Made by a program: the position numbers and the translations under genes | Notes under the pieces: generated by a model | Database searches by the model: none | What the model was told of the DNA's origin: nothing | What the model saw: the letters and a program-made list of their open reading frames with translations, nothing else | Part shown: positions 1 to 9,682 of the stretch, in pieces | Layout of the letters: each line of letters starts with the position of its first letter | How positions within the stretch are numbered: position 1 is the stretch's first letter | Origin: Porphyridium purpureum | Lineage: Eukaryota | Length of the DNA stretch: 64,000 nt | Assembly: GCA_008690995.1 (NCBI GenBank) | Contig: VRMN01000003.1 | Location: 744,001 to 808,000, forward strand | Reading direction: 5' to 3'

Positions 1-498
1 TTGCCCCAGACCTGGCGTATCGACCACATTTAGATCTTTCGCAGGACCTTGCGTTCGCGCAGATACCATCTTCTTCGTGCAAGTCTGCGTCGCGTATGAA
101 GTCAATCCAATATCTCCAGTGAGCTTCTTGTGCAACGAGGTCTTTCCACTACCCTGACCGCCCAGAAGCAACATGGTCTTGTTGACGAACGACGGCACCG
201 CCTCTCTCATTTTGTAGTCTTCAACTTGCCTACGCACATGCTCCGGTAAAAAAAGCTCGCCCTTCGTCGGGTCATAGGATGGTGCCATTGGATCATTTTG
301 GTATTGAGTCACAAGGACATCCGCATTAAGAACGTGATTCGCAACTTGCACCTCCAGCCACAGCTTCTCTGGAGTCTCTGCTGCAGCGACTATGACGCGC
401 GCCTGCTCGTTCGGGTCCAGTAGGCGTCCAGCCATCCAGGGCTTCACCGTTCCGTCGTCGTTCCTGAGTGTGAATCCTTCATAGTCATAACACATCTC
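1..498 (-). CDS. P-loop GTPase domain (AIG1/GIMAP/septin-like), 3'-partial; in-frame continuation of the 499..1743 ORF beyond its TAG
   Basis: Manual translation of the same frame after TAG(501-499) has no stop to the window edge: EMCYDYEGF...TMLLLGGQGSGKTSLHKKLTG...TQTCTK...LNVVDTPGLGQ. G1 GGQGSGKT at 162-139, G2-like Thr, G3 DTPG at 21-10. An ATG at 495 could also open it. Not in the supplied ORF track. Confidence 0.75.
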
Positions 499-1743
499 CT
501 ACACGCTGTCCCACAACCGGACGGGGGACGAGATGAAGCCGTTGCCAATATATCCATGCAAGATGTTCTCCTCTCCACTTCCAAGATCCAACTGTGGAAT
601 CTCCTTCGTCGGTGGGACGCGCCCAACGAGCTCAGCCAAAGGGAGCTTGCGGTACTCCCAGCATTCCGTCGACTTTTTCTCAAGACGGGCAATCTCAGCG
701 TCCACTTGGTTCTCATACGGACGAAGCACAAGCTCACGCTCCCTTGCCGAGCATCCGTGCACGGTCCAACGCTCCATCTTAGCGCTTTCGAGGCGCGCCT
801 TCCAAAGAGAGGCGACCGCAAGGCACTCGCCCACAGTTTGCATCTTTTCGTCCAGCAAGGATGCCTCGGCTCTGCTCAACTGGGTGAGGTAATTTGCGAT
901 GTTCGCGAGCGAAAACCCAACAACAGTCATCCGGTCCGTGCGTGTCAAATCCTCCAGGTCCTGGTCGGCGCACTCCTGCAAGGCCTTGGAGTCAGCGTTG
1001 AATTCCTCAATCAGCTTCACTACTTCGTCCAGATTCGGCGTCGCAGGACAAACGAAGTTGACTCCGCTCGCAGTTGCAGAAATCTCGAGCGAAAGCTGGT
1101 AAGAGCTTTCCTCATTTCGGCGAGCGAAGTCGGCAGAAAACTCCACCGACAGAGGTCTCACACCAATAGCTCCCTTCAGCTTGGCCATAATATCCGACAG
1201 ATCCGTATCCTCCGAAGAAGTGACTGAAAACTGCACGTCCAGCTGGCACCCGAAGAAAATCTGGTCCACAAACTTTGTACCATACCGATCGGCGATGTCA
1301 TCTCTACCAAACTCGTTTGATGCCAGCATCGACGCGAGGTCGCTGACGGGCTCAAGCATGCCTTTGTCGCCCTGCTTTATCTGGGCAAGGGAGTGGCAAA
1401 CACGGCTTCTGTACCGCAGCGTAGACCTGCGCGAAGTATGAACCGATTGCGAGAGATACGTTCCGGAACCTGCGCCAGAGATAAGCGGTCCGTACGAAAC
1501 GCTCAAGTGGCCTGCGATTTCCATGTGCTTTTTGACTTTGTCATCCGAATCCATGATCTCGCAGAAGACAGACGCATGCTTCGCGGTCTTGAAGACTGTG
1601 CGCCCGTCATCCACCTTGAACGCACGACGCTTGAAGGCTTCCTCACCGCTCTGGATGTTGAGTTTGAACCCGCGGCCGAGGTCGTACGCAGACAGGCCCT
1701 GGGGAAAGCCGTTGCCTACAATGACAGGAACGATCTGCACCAT
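499..1743 (-). CDS. MACPF/CDC-like pore-forming-domain protein with C-terminal helical/coiled-coil region
   Basis: 414-aa ORF from ATG 1743. N-terminal LGRGF, a Gly/Ser-rich beta-type segment (GHLSVSYGPLISGAGSGTYLS), and YGTKFVDQIFFGC at 1284-1246, resembling the MACPF signature Y/W-G-T/S-H-F/Y-X6-G-G. A heptad-like helical region follows. Confidence 0.55.
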   Translation of the reverse strand: MVQIVPVIVGNGFPQGLSAYDLGRGFKLNIQSGEEAFKRRAFKVDDGRTVFKTAKHASVFCEIMDSDDKVKKHMEIAGHLSVSYGPLISGAGSGTYLSQSVHTSRRSTLRYRSRVCHSLAQIKQGDKGMLEPVSDLASMLASNEFGRDDIADRYGTKFVDQIFFGCQLDVQFSVTSSEDTDLSDIMAKLKGAIGVRPLSVEFSADFARRNEESSYQLSLEISATASGVNFVCPATPNLDEVVKLIEEFNADSKALQECADQDLEDLTRTDRMTVVGFSLANIANYLTQLSRAEASLLDEKMQTVGECLAVASLWKARLESAKMERWTVHGCSARERELVLRPYENQVDAEIARLEKKSTECWEYRKLPLAELVGRVPPTKEIPQLDLGSGEENILHGYIGNGFISSPVRLWDSV

Positions 1744-2995
1744 TTTGAATCCCACACCGCCCTGTGCCCCGTCCGCTATCAACACTCCATTTTTTCTGGA
1801 AGACGAGTGCCCTTGCCCAATTCAGATTCACAACCTCCACGCCTTGCCCTCGTGCGTCCCAACATGGCTTCCTCAGCCTTCTTCTCGATCTACTTTCAGC
1901 TTATGTAACCCATCAGGAGAACTCATGTCCAACCTTGCGTTGCATGAGGATCGCTCACAAGTTCGTTGTCGCGGTGAGTGGACATCATGACTTCGTTCGC
2001 ATTACATTGCGTGCGCATGCTGCACATGGCGCACTGCTGGGATGTGGGAAACCCCTTTTCAAATAACATGTACCCGCACACTGGTCTTGCCGCGCTTCTG
2101 TCGTCGAGTTGCATCTCGCTTTCCGGCTGAAAGTCTATTTCTTGAGGAGTCGAGCTTGCGCGCCGTTTGGGAATGCGCGAAGAAATGGCAAGAATTTGTA
2201 CTTTGTTCATTGGCGGTGGCATGAAGCACACTTAAAGCAGAAGCGACTACGAGCAACATTGATGCCTTGATATACAAACCCACTGACAAGAAGTTGGCAC
2301 ACAAAGACATAAAAAGGCCTTCTTGCGGGGCCGTGTTTGGCACCGCAACCGGGATGTTCTGGTATCGCAGTAAGCACGAACACGGCACACGAGCGCGCTC
2401 TCGCTTCCTTTGCGCACCGCGCTGATGCATGCAGGCGCAGCAAACAGCGCCAAAATCGTCTGTGAAGAATGGCACAACAACGCCAACTCTTGAAGAGCTT
2501 CGCATGGCACACATAATGCCCGCGGTTTCAAATAGCGTACATCTTTCTGTTGTGGATTGCACGAGTTGGCGGTGGACAGGTTGCAACATGGGCGGACTGG
2601 CGGAGGCAGACACTCGAACCGATTTTAAAGCGTACAAGGCAGGTGGTGCGCGTTTACACGCACGCCCATAACTTGGGAACCATTGAATGCCCGGGTACTA
2701 TTGTGAAAATCGACGAATGAAAATGCTGGCAGAGGAAATGCATTCGAGGTGAGAATTTCTTACAAGTACGTGGGCTGTGGCTGCCGAGGAGCTCACGACG
2801 GTGCGCACGCCGTTCGCTGCAAGCATGCCAGACCCAGACAGAAACAACTTGATGTAAATCATGAAGCACTATGTGGCAAGAGGTTCGATAATATACATCA
2901 ATTCCTGAAGAAGCTATTTTTTATTTTATTGCACACCAGTCGACCGCGACATGCGCTTTCGTTAGACGGTAAATCACAAGCACTAATGAACGGGT

Positions 2996-3500
2996 TCATT
3001 TTGAGAAGGTAGCACATATCTGAAAAGAGGGAACACACACGCCACTACCCCAGCCGCTCCTGACTGCGTCTGCGTCTGCAATGGTGGTGAGCTTTTGGAA
3101 CATCTCGTCTGCCACTGCGACGAGGAGATTGGATTGTTGGACGCCTAACTCGACGTCGTGAGGGGCTGTTTCAGACGACACCACATGCACTACGAAGTTT
3201 GTACTGCAGTTGAAGTCTGGATTGCTGATGGGCCCATCTTCTCGGATGATTTGAGCTCAGACGTGCAGCATGCTCTTCATGCGTGCCTTCGCTTCACTGT
3301 GGGATGCGCCAATCGCTCGTTGCGAACAAGCCAGTCGATCGAACCATATTCCGAGAGAACAAGCCTGTAGCATCGAGAGAGCCTTCCGGTATCCTTTTCG
3401 TGGCCATACCAAGACACCGACTGCAGAATACGAAACGGTGGGCTCTCGTCCTGCGTACTGGAAACGGAAACTATGCTGCCACAGGACGCGTTCTTGACAC
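2996..3500 (-). pseudogene. Possible degenerate coding fragment (two same-frame ORFs joined through one TGA)
   Basis: Track ORFs 3257..3721 and 2996..3190 are in the same frame. Only TGA at 3259-3257 interrupts ...AVGVLVWPRKG...MLHV*AQIIREDGP...VELGVQQSNLLVAVADEMFQKL. No clear start and no family recognised. Confidence 0.2.
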
Positions 3501-3909
3501 GAACGCTCCGACAGCGAGCGTCCCCCAAACCCAGGCGGCACTTGCGCGGGGCCGAATGTACAGTAGAGCACTGTACCTCTCGGCCGGAACGCTTTTGGCG
3601 CCAACAAGCAGCCGGCGCGGTTTAGGAATCGCGCGGGTAGGGGGCAGGGGGGAGGGCGTGCTGGGGAAGGAAGAGGGGTGAACCACGAAACGGAGGAGAG
3701 CGGCCGTGAAGCTCCCCTCAAGCTCGCGTGACGCCTATCGCTTGGTCCCGCTTCCTCGGAAGCGGAAACCGGCGGGTCCCGGAAATCTGTCGTTTCTGAA
3801 GAACAAGTCGGGCGCGAACATCAGTTGTGCGGGCACGCCTCGGTCCCAGCTCGGTGTGGATTGGAGCTCCCAGAGCGACGGAAGGGAAGTGCCGCTTGGA
3901 TTCGGGAAA

Positions 3910-6900
3910 ATGGCACCGCTACAAGGACGACTTGGGAAACTGTATGCAGCGTGGCAAGACTGCCAGACGGAAGAGCTGAAGCGCGCCGCAGCGCTGGTTG
4001 TGTTCACGGGTAAGTTGGACGAGAATGAAGATGTTGGGTATGCCAAGTCTTACGCCCTGTTCACGTGGCTTTTTGGCATCGAACTGCAGGAAATGTGCAT
4101 GGTGTTCAAGCGTGATGCGATCGTGATGCTGGCCAGCGCTGATCGGGCCGCGGAATTGAAGGAACTCGTCGCGGCTGGAGACGGTGATGTCGAGCCGCCG
4201 GCAATTCCAAAGATTGAGGTTGTCGCGTGGACCACAGCGGCGGACATCGGAAAACTTTTGCTGTCTTCGCTTGACAGTACGCAGGACACAGACACGCTGG
4301 GTATCTTGACAAAAGAGACGCACAGGGGTGAAGTTGCCGACGCGGTGGGAGAAACCGTCAAGAGCAAGTCTCACACAAACATCGGGGAGATTATTGCCAC
4401 CGCCATGTCAACAAAGGACGAGAAAGAAATCGGGCGCGTCAAGCGGGCCGCACTTCTTACCGCAGCTGTATTCAAAAACTACTTTCTGACCGCGCTCGAA
4501 TCGATTGTTGATGAAGGACGGGAGATCACGCACGAGGCCTTTTCTGCAGATATCGAACAGCGCTTGCTTGATCCAGCGTCCGTAAAGCTGGAGAAATTCA
4601 AGAAAGAGCTCTGTGACGTTTGTTATATCCCAATCATTCAGTCGGGAGAAACGTTCGACCTCAGGCCTTCGGCGGTTTCGGACTCGTCAAAGTTGCAATT
4701 TAAATGCATCGTTGCCTCAATAGGAGCGCGGTACAATTTTTACTGCAGCAATGCATGTCGCACTTACTTGATTGATCCGACCCAAGAGCAAAGCGTCAAC
4801 TACGCTGCGTTGCTGGAAGCATACGAAGCTGCCCTTGCGGCGTTGCGCCCGGGTCAGGAACTTTGTGCTGTGTACCAGGCAGCGGTAGATGCGCTCATGA
4901 AATCCAAAAATCCGGCATTGGTGGAGAACCTGACCAAGAATGTCGGGTTCCTGATGGGCATTGAATTTCGAGAAGCATCATTCTTATTGAATGCAAAGAA
5001 TCGTAGAAAGGTTGAAGCCGGCATGGTTTTCAATCTGTGTGTTGGATTGCAGAACTTGACTGATGCGAAGAATGGTGCTTATGCCTTGCAAGTTGCCGAC
5101 ACGGTGATCGTTCAGGCCGAAATGAATGAGATGCTCACAGATGCCGTGAAGAAAGCGCTCAAATCCATTCGCTTTTTCCTGCGGGATGAAGATGACGACG
5201 ATGAGGAAGGAGGGAATGATACCGAACATGCCGATGCAAAACGATCTGTGAAAAAGGAGAGCGAGGCGGCTCGCCGCTCGGCGAAGATGGCGACGCTAGA
5301 GCAGCTCGAGCAAACCGCAGGCGATCGTAAAAAGCGACAAGCCGCTGTGAACTCGAGCGCCGGAATCACGGCAGAGGAACTGGATTTGAGGCGCAAGCAC
5401 CAAGAGGAGCTTGGGCGCAAGAAGTTGGCGGAGGGACTGGAAAGGCTGAAAAACGGTGATCTGGATGGTGCGGGTCCGAAAGAGAAGCCCCTGCAGATGC
5501 TGGATCAGTACTTAGCATATCCCGAAGCCAGTCGGTACCCGGCGCAGGTACGTCCGAGGCAGATTTTTGTTGACCTCGATATGGAGTGCGTGCTCGTACC
5601 GATCAACGGCGTCCCGGTACCGTTCCACATTTCCATGATTAAGAATTGCAGCAAAAGCGATGAGGGCAGTCATTCGTATCTGCGCATCAACTTCAATACG
5701 CCTCCCAAGCTTGCAGGTGGAGCCGTGATCATTCGAAGCGCGGACGGCCCGCAGTTTCCAGTTGATGACAAGCACTACATCAAGGAGATAACTTTTCGGT
5801 CGAGCGCTGCCCAGAATATCTCGGACACAGTGCGCAAGATTAAGGAGTTGCGTAAGCGATTCACGTCGCGTCAAGAGGAAGAGCGGGAGCAAGAGTCGCT
5901 CGTGGAACAGGCCAAGTTGCAGTTCGACAAGCGCGGCAAAGTGCCATCGTTGGGTGACGTTTCGCTGCGCCCCCCCGTGGCGACAGGCAAATTTAACTCT
6001 GGCATCCTTGAGGCGCATTTGAATGGGTTCCACTATCGGCCGGTGAAGGGAAGTGCGCCGATAGACATTCTGTATAGTAACATCAAGAATGCATTTTTCC
6101 AGGACTCGCAGGGCGAGACGATTGTGCTCGTGCATTTCACACTGAAGAATCCCATCATGGTAGGCAAGAAGAAGACGGCAGAAGTGCAGTTTTACGCAGA
6201 GGTAATGGAAGCCGCAGTCAAGTTGAACGACACAAAACGCCGCATGTATGATCAAGACGAGCTGGAAGAGGAACAACGAGAGCGCGAGCTGCGGAACAAA
6301 ATGAATCGAGTCTTTCTCAAATTTACGCGCGAAGTGGAAGATCGGTACTCGGTTGAATTTGAGGTGCCATACCGCCAGCTTAAGTTCCACGGCGCGCCGC
6401 GTAATACAAGTGTGAACCTCATTCCTACTGTTTCGTGCATTGTGGATCTCATCGAGTGGCCGGTTTTTGTTTTGACCTTGGCAGACGTGGAGATTGCACA
6501 CTTTGAGCGCGTCCATTTTCAGCTTAAGAATTTTGACTTGGTATTTGTGTTCAAGGGCTTTGAGGTCGAAAGCGCGAATAAGAAGGATCAGCAGTTTGCG
6601 CGGATTTCGTCAATTCCCATGGTGGAGCTCGAGATGCTCAAGAAATTTTTGGATGAGCAGCAGATCAAGTACTACGAAGGGCCTGCCAATTTGAATTGGC
6701 CGAACACACTCAAGACGATTCGTGCAGATCTGGAAGGGTTCTATGATGAGGGGGGTTGGGATTTCTTGAACATGGAGGGCTCATCTGATGGTGGTGAGGA
6801 GGGCGAAGGTGAAGGAGGTGATGACAACGAGTCCTTGGATCCTGGAGATCAGGCGTTTGACGTAGAAAGCGATATCTTGGAGGAGCACAGCGGCTCAGAA

Positions 6901-7113
6901 TCAGATTACAGTGAGGAAGATGAGGATTCAGACGAGGCGTACAACGAGCTGGATGGTCCCTCAGATGAGGGAGAGGCCGAGCTGGATTCCGATGAGGAAG
7001 GAGAGGACTGGGATGCTCTAGAGGAGGCCGCGCGCAAGGATGATCGCAGGAAGGGCGTAGAGGAAGTTGTGCCGGAGCGGGCACCGCCCGGCAAGAAGCG
7101 AGGCAGAAAATGA
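3910..7113 (+). CDS. SPT16: FACT complex subunit SPT16
   Basis: Peptidase-M24-like N-domain (YIPIIQSG, IGARY..YCSN..RT), PVPFHISMIKN, LEAHLNGF, EIAHFERV..LKNFDLVFV, FYDEGGWDFL and an acidic tail ending GEDWDALEE. First ATG is 3910. Confidence 0.97.
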   Translation: MAPLQGRLGKLYAAWQDCQTEELKRAAALVVFTGKLDENEDVGYAKSYALFTWLFGIELQEMCMVFKRDAIVMLASADRAAELKELVAAGDGDVEPPAIPKIEVVAWTTAADIGKLLLSSLDSTQDTDTLGILTKETHRGEVADAVGETVKSKSHTNIGEIIATAMSTKDEKEIGRVKRAALLTAAVFKNYFLTALESIVDEGREITHEAFSADIEQRLLDPASVKLEKFKKELCDVCYIPIIQSGETFDLRPSAVSDSSKLQFKCIVASIGARYNFYCSNACRTYLIDPTQEQSVNYAALLEAYEAALAALRPGQELCAVYQAAVDALMKSKNPALVENLTKNVGFLMGIEFREASFLLNAKNRRKVEAGMVFNLCVGLQNLTDAKNGAYALQVADTVIVQAEMNEMLTDAVKKALKSIRFFLRDEDDDDEEGGNDTEHADAKRSVKKESEAARRSAKMATLEQLEQTAGDRKKRQAAVNSSAGITAEELDLRRKHQEELGRKKLAEGLERLKNGDLDGAGPKEKPLQMLDQYLAYPEASRYPAQVRPRQIFVDLDMECVLVPINGVPVPFHISMIKNCSKSDEGSHSYLRINFNTPPKLAGGAVIIRSADGPQFPVDDKHYIKEITFRSSAAQNISDTVRKIKELRKRFTSRQEEEREQESLVEQAKLQFDKRGKVPSLGDVSLRPPVATGKFNSGILEAHLNGFHYRPVKGSAPIDILYSNIKNAFFQDSQGETIVLVHFTLKNPIMVGKKKTAEVQFYAEVMEAAVKLNDTKRRMYDQDELEEEQRERELRNKMNRVFLKFTREVEDRYSVEFEVPYRQLKFHGAPRNTSVNLIPTVSCIVDLIEWPVFVLTLADVEIAHFERVHFQLKNFDLVFVFKGFEVESANKKDQQFARISSIPMVELEMLKKFLDEQQIKYYEGPANLNWPNTLKTIRADLEGFYDEGGWDFLNMEGSSDGGEEGEGEGGDDNESLDPGDQAFDVESDILEEHSGSESDYSEEDEDSDEAYNELDGPSDEGEAELDSDEEGEDWDALEEAARKDDRRKGVEEVVPERAPPGKKRGRK

Positions 7114-7573
7114 GCGACGGAATAGAAGTGTTTGTATGTTTACGTGGGTTGCATTCTCGCGCCGATGGAAAGCATTTCGCCAAACTTGCCCCGCACCACC
7201 AGTGTAAAGGACATCTTTTTCTGACGCGGTAGTCGCTTCTGGAGCATGGATAGCCAACCTCCGTGCGCAGGCTCCAGTATTGGTGTGTGTTTTGCGCGCT
7301 TCCCGCGTCCGAGCGCAGAATCGTGCACCGACGAGTAACCCTAAATATGATGTGCAGCTAGGATTCTTAATAGGTTTGTGGTTTGCGGGAAGGCTCTGGT
7401 GCTCGGCGACGCTTTTCTGCGCTTGCCGGTTGGAGAGTGACTCGCCGACGCATCAAGGCACGCCCAGGCTAGTCAAGCTCTCGGATACACTAACCTGAAC
7501 CGCGGCGCCTTGTTTTCGCACTTTGCGCGTCTGCTCCGGTCTCGCGGACTGCTGGGAAGCCGTCGTGGGCGTC

Positions 7574-7882
7574 ATGTTGTTTTTCTCCGTCTTCAAGACG
7601 CTGGTGGGGAAGGAAGTGGTGGTGGAGCTGAAAAATGATCTCACCATACGCGGGCGTTTGCACTCAGTGGATCAATACTTGAACGTCAAGATCGAAGATA
7701 TTACAGTATTGGACGCGGACACACATCCACATTTGCTCTCCGTGAAGAACTGTTTTATTCGCGGCAGCGTGGTGCGATACATTCATCTCGCGCCCAAGGA
7801 CGTTGATGTTGAGCTGCTTGAGGACGCCACGCGCCGCCAACTGAAGGAGATGAAACGCGCGCAGATGTCTGCGTCTTCGTAG
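7574..7882 (+). CDS. LSM2: U6 snRNA-associated Sm-like protein LSm2
   Basis: MLFFSVFKTLVGKEVVVELKNDL..RG.LHSVDQYLN...PHLLSVKNCFIRGSVVRY...DATRR matches the LSm2 consensus. Confidence 0.97.
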   Translation: MLFFSVFKTLVGKEVVVELKNDLTIRGRLHSVDQYLNVKIEDITVLDADTHPHLLSVKNCFIRGSVVRYIHLAPKDVDVELLEDATRRQLKEMKRAQMSASS

Positions 7883-8075
7883 GAATTGAGTTTTAGACCC
7901 GGTCGGTTTCTCTTGATAAGTCCTAATTTGTCAGAAATCTAATTAAAACCCGTCTTATGGGTATTTAATCCGAGCGTTATTGCCTTAAACGCCGGTGACT
8001 CGCGGCGAATGGTGTCTTGGTGCAGTTCGAGCAGCCACGCGAAGGGGCGGAGGAGAGAAACAAAACGAACGGAAT

Positions 8076-9641
8076 ATGACGCTTCACTTTGTCCCGACCT
8101 TCAACGGAACGACAGGACTTCTCCCCGTACCGGCTCGTCGATGCAGCTTTACACCATCATGGGCAGCACGGAAAGTGGGAAGTCCAGTGCTGAAGACGAA
8201 CACTGGACGTGGAGAGGGACGCGGCCACGTCGTAAGGCGGGCGAATTTATCTTGGCGTGCAGTCAGCTGGTTCCCTCCATTTCGCCGTGGGCGCCGTGAC
8301 GATCAAGAGAAAGGCAATGAATCTGAGCATCCAGCTGAATCCCCAGCGGATCTTCCGGACGGAGAGCGCCTGCAAGTCCCTCAAGAATCTGTTGGGCCTG
8401 TGGCGCCTGTGAGCAAGGTGCGCGATGTGATTTCCAGTGCTGTCTCTGCGTTTGGACGTGTGTCTGATGTCGCAGAACAGGCGGGTGGCGAGACCGAAAG
8501 CAACAGGTCTCGAGCAGATCAGATGCGCGATGATTCAAGTGGAACTCCGACGGACGGTGTACTCGGAAGTGCAGGAAGCGAAAGTGCCCATACCGAAAGC
8601 AGATTTTCTGGTCACGGTTCGAGTGGTAGCCATTCATTGTCTCGGACCTTGCCGGGCAAGGTGTTAGTGTGGCTGTGTGTCGTCAGCATCGGATTTGTCA
8701 TGGTTATGCTGAGTGTCCTAAAGTATACTCTGGCTGCTATTTCGCTTGCGATGAGCATGCTTTCCCGAAGCGCCCCAGCCCTCAAGTCGATTCCACGTGG
8801 TATCGCTGCGGTACTGACCAAGCTCCAAGGCTGGGCGCTTGCACTGCTTTTTGCGATCGTGGCTTTGGTAAAAAATACCACAAGTCTGGCAAGAAGTGCT
8901 GTGTCTCAAGCTGGGCGAGGATTGGCGAGCGTTGCTAAAGCATCGCCAAGCGCCGTGCGCGGACAGGGCCGGGAAAAGGCTTACACGGAAAATGGAATGG
9001 CGTCGTTCTCTGTCTCTGAAGTGCCGGTCGAAGGGGTCGGAACACGGGAGGAGCAAGTGAAACGGGTACGTGCCGCTGACGTCATGCTGGCAATCATGCG
9101 TCACGCGAAATGCGAAGAAGAGAGTGCCACGTCTCAAGTAAGGGATTTTGATCGTACCCTCAGCGAAAACGGGCGCACGGACGCGACAAGCACAGGAGAG
9201 CAGTTGCGGGACTTGGGCTGGATTCCTGACGCCGTACTATGCAGTGGCGCTGCACGGACTCGTCAAACTATGGATCTTCTACTGCAGGTCTTTGACGATC
9301 CAACTAGTGACGCAGGCTTAAAGAAGATCCCAAGTCTTGTGGATGACGATATGTACTTTGCAATGGATGAGAAGGAGATACGAGGCATCTTCGACCGCGA
9401 ACACGTAGCTGCCCAGCTCGCGAGTGGATCCCGTGTCGTCTTGGTGGGTCACAACCCCGGCATTGAACGCTTGGTGGAAGCTCTCACAGGAGTCAAAGTT
9501 CACCTCAGACAAGCGTCCGCCGCGCTGCTGCATCTTCAGCCCGATTTCAGCGAGCTAGACGCTCAAGGATGGCCAAACTTTCTCGGACTGAAGTGGAAGC
9601 TTGTGCGCGTGATAGAGCCCGGCAGGCACAAAACGCCATAA
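8076..9641 (+). CDS. Probable plastid-targeted membrane protein with C-terminal SixA-like histidine phosphatase domain
   Basis: IMRHAK, DFDRTLSENG, PDAVLCSGAARTRQT and LVGHNPG motifs. N-terminal MTLHFVP presequence-like region and two central hydrophobic segments. Confidence 0.8.
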   Translation: MTLHFVPTFNGTTGLLPVPARRCSFTPSWAARKVGSPVLKTNTGRGEGRGHVVRRANLSWRAVSWFPPFRRGRRDDQEKGNESEHPAESPADLPDGERLQVPQESVGPVAPVSKVRDVISSAVSAFGRVSDVAEQAGGETESNRSRADQMRDDSSGTPTDGVLGSAGSESAHTESRFSGHGSSGSHSLSRTLPGKVLVWLCVVSIGFVMVMLSVLKYTLAAISLAMSMLSRSAPALKSIPRGIAAVLTKLQGWALALLFAIVALVKNTTSLARSAVSQAGRGLASVAKASPSAVRGQGREKAYTENGMASFSVSEVPVEGVGTREEQVKRVRAADVMLAIMRHAKCEEESATSQVRDFDRTLSENGRTDATSTGEQLRDLGWIPDAVLCSGAARTRQTMDLLLQVFDDPTSDAGLKKIPSLVDDDMYFAMDEKEIRGIFDREHVAAQLASGSRVVLVGHNPGIERLVEALTGVKVHLRQASAALLHLQPDFSELDAQGWPNFLGLKWKLVRVIEPGRHKTP

Positions 9642-9682
9642 GCCTACTTCGCGTCCTCGTCTGCAAAATCAGTTCGCGAACT

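Noticed and set aside
3706..3909. GTG/TTG-initiated N-terminal extensions given in the ORF track (SPT16 and many others)
   Set aside because: Eukaryotic genes; the first plausible ATG was used instead.
5512..6516. 334-aa antisense ORF, and similar long shadow ORFs (23244..24383, 32262..33335, 47524..48726)
   Set aside because: They lie opposite or across well-supported genes in GC-rich DNA and have no recognisable motifs.
7330..7560. Telo-box-like AACCCTAAA and branch-point-like CACTAAC upstream of LSM2
   Set aside because: Single short matches with no clear donor site; insufficient to call an intron or regulatory element.
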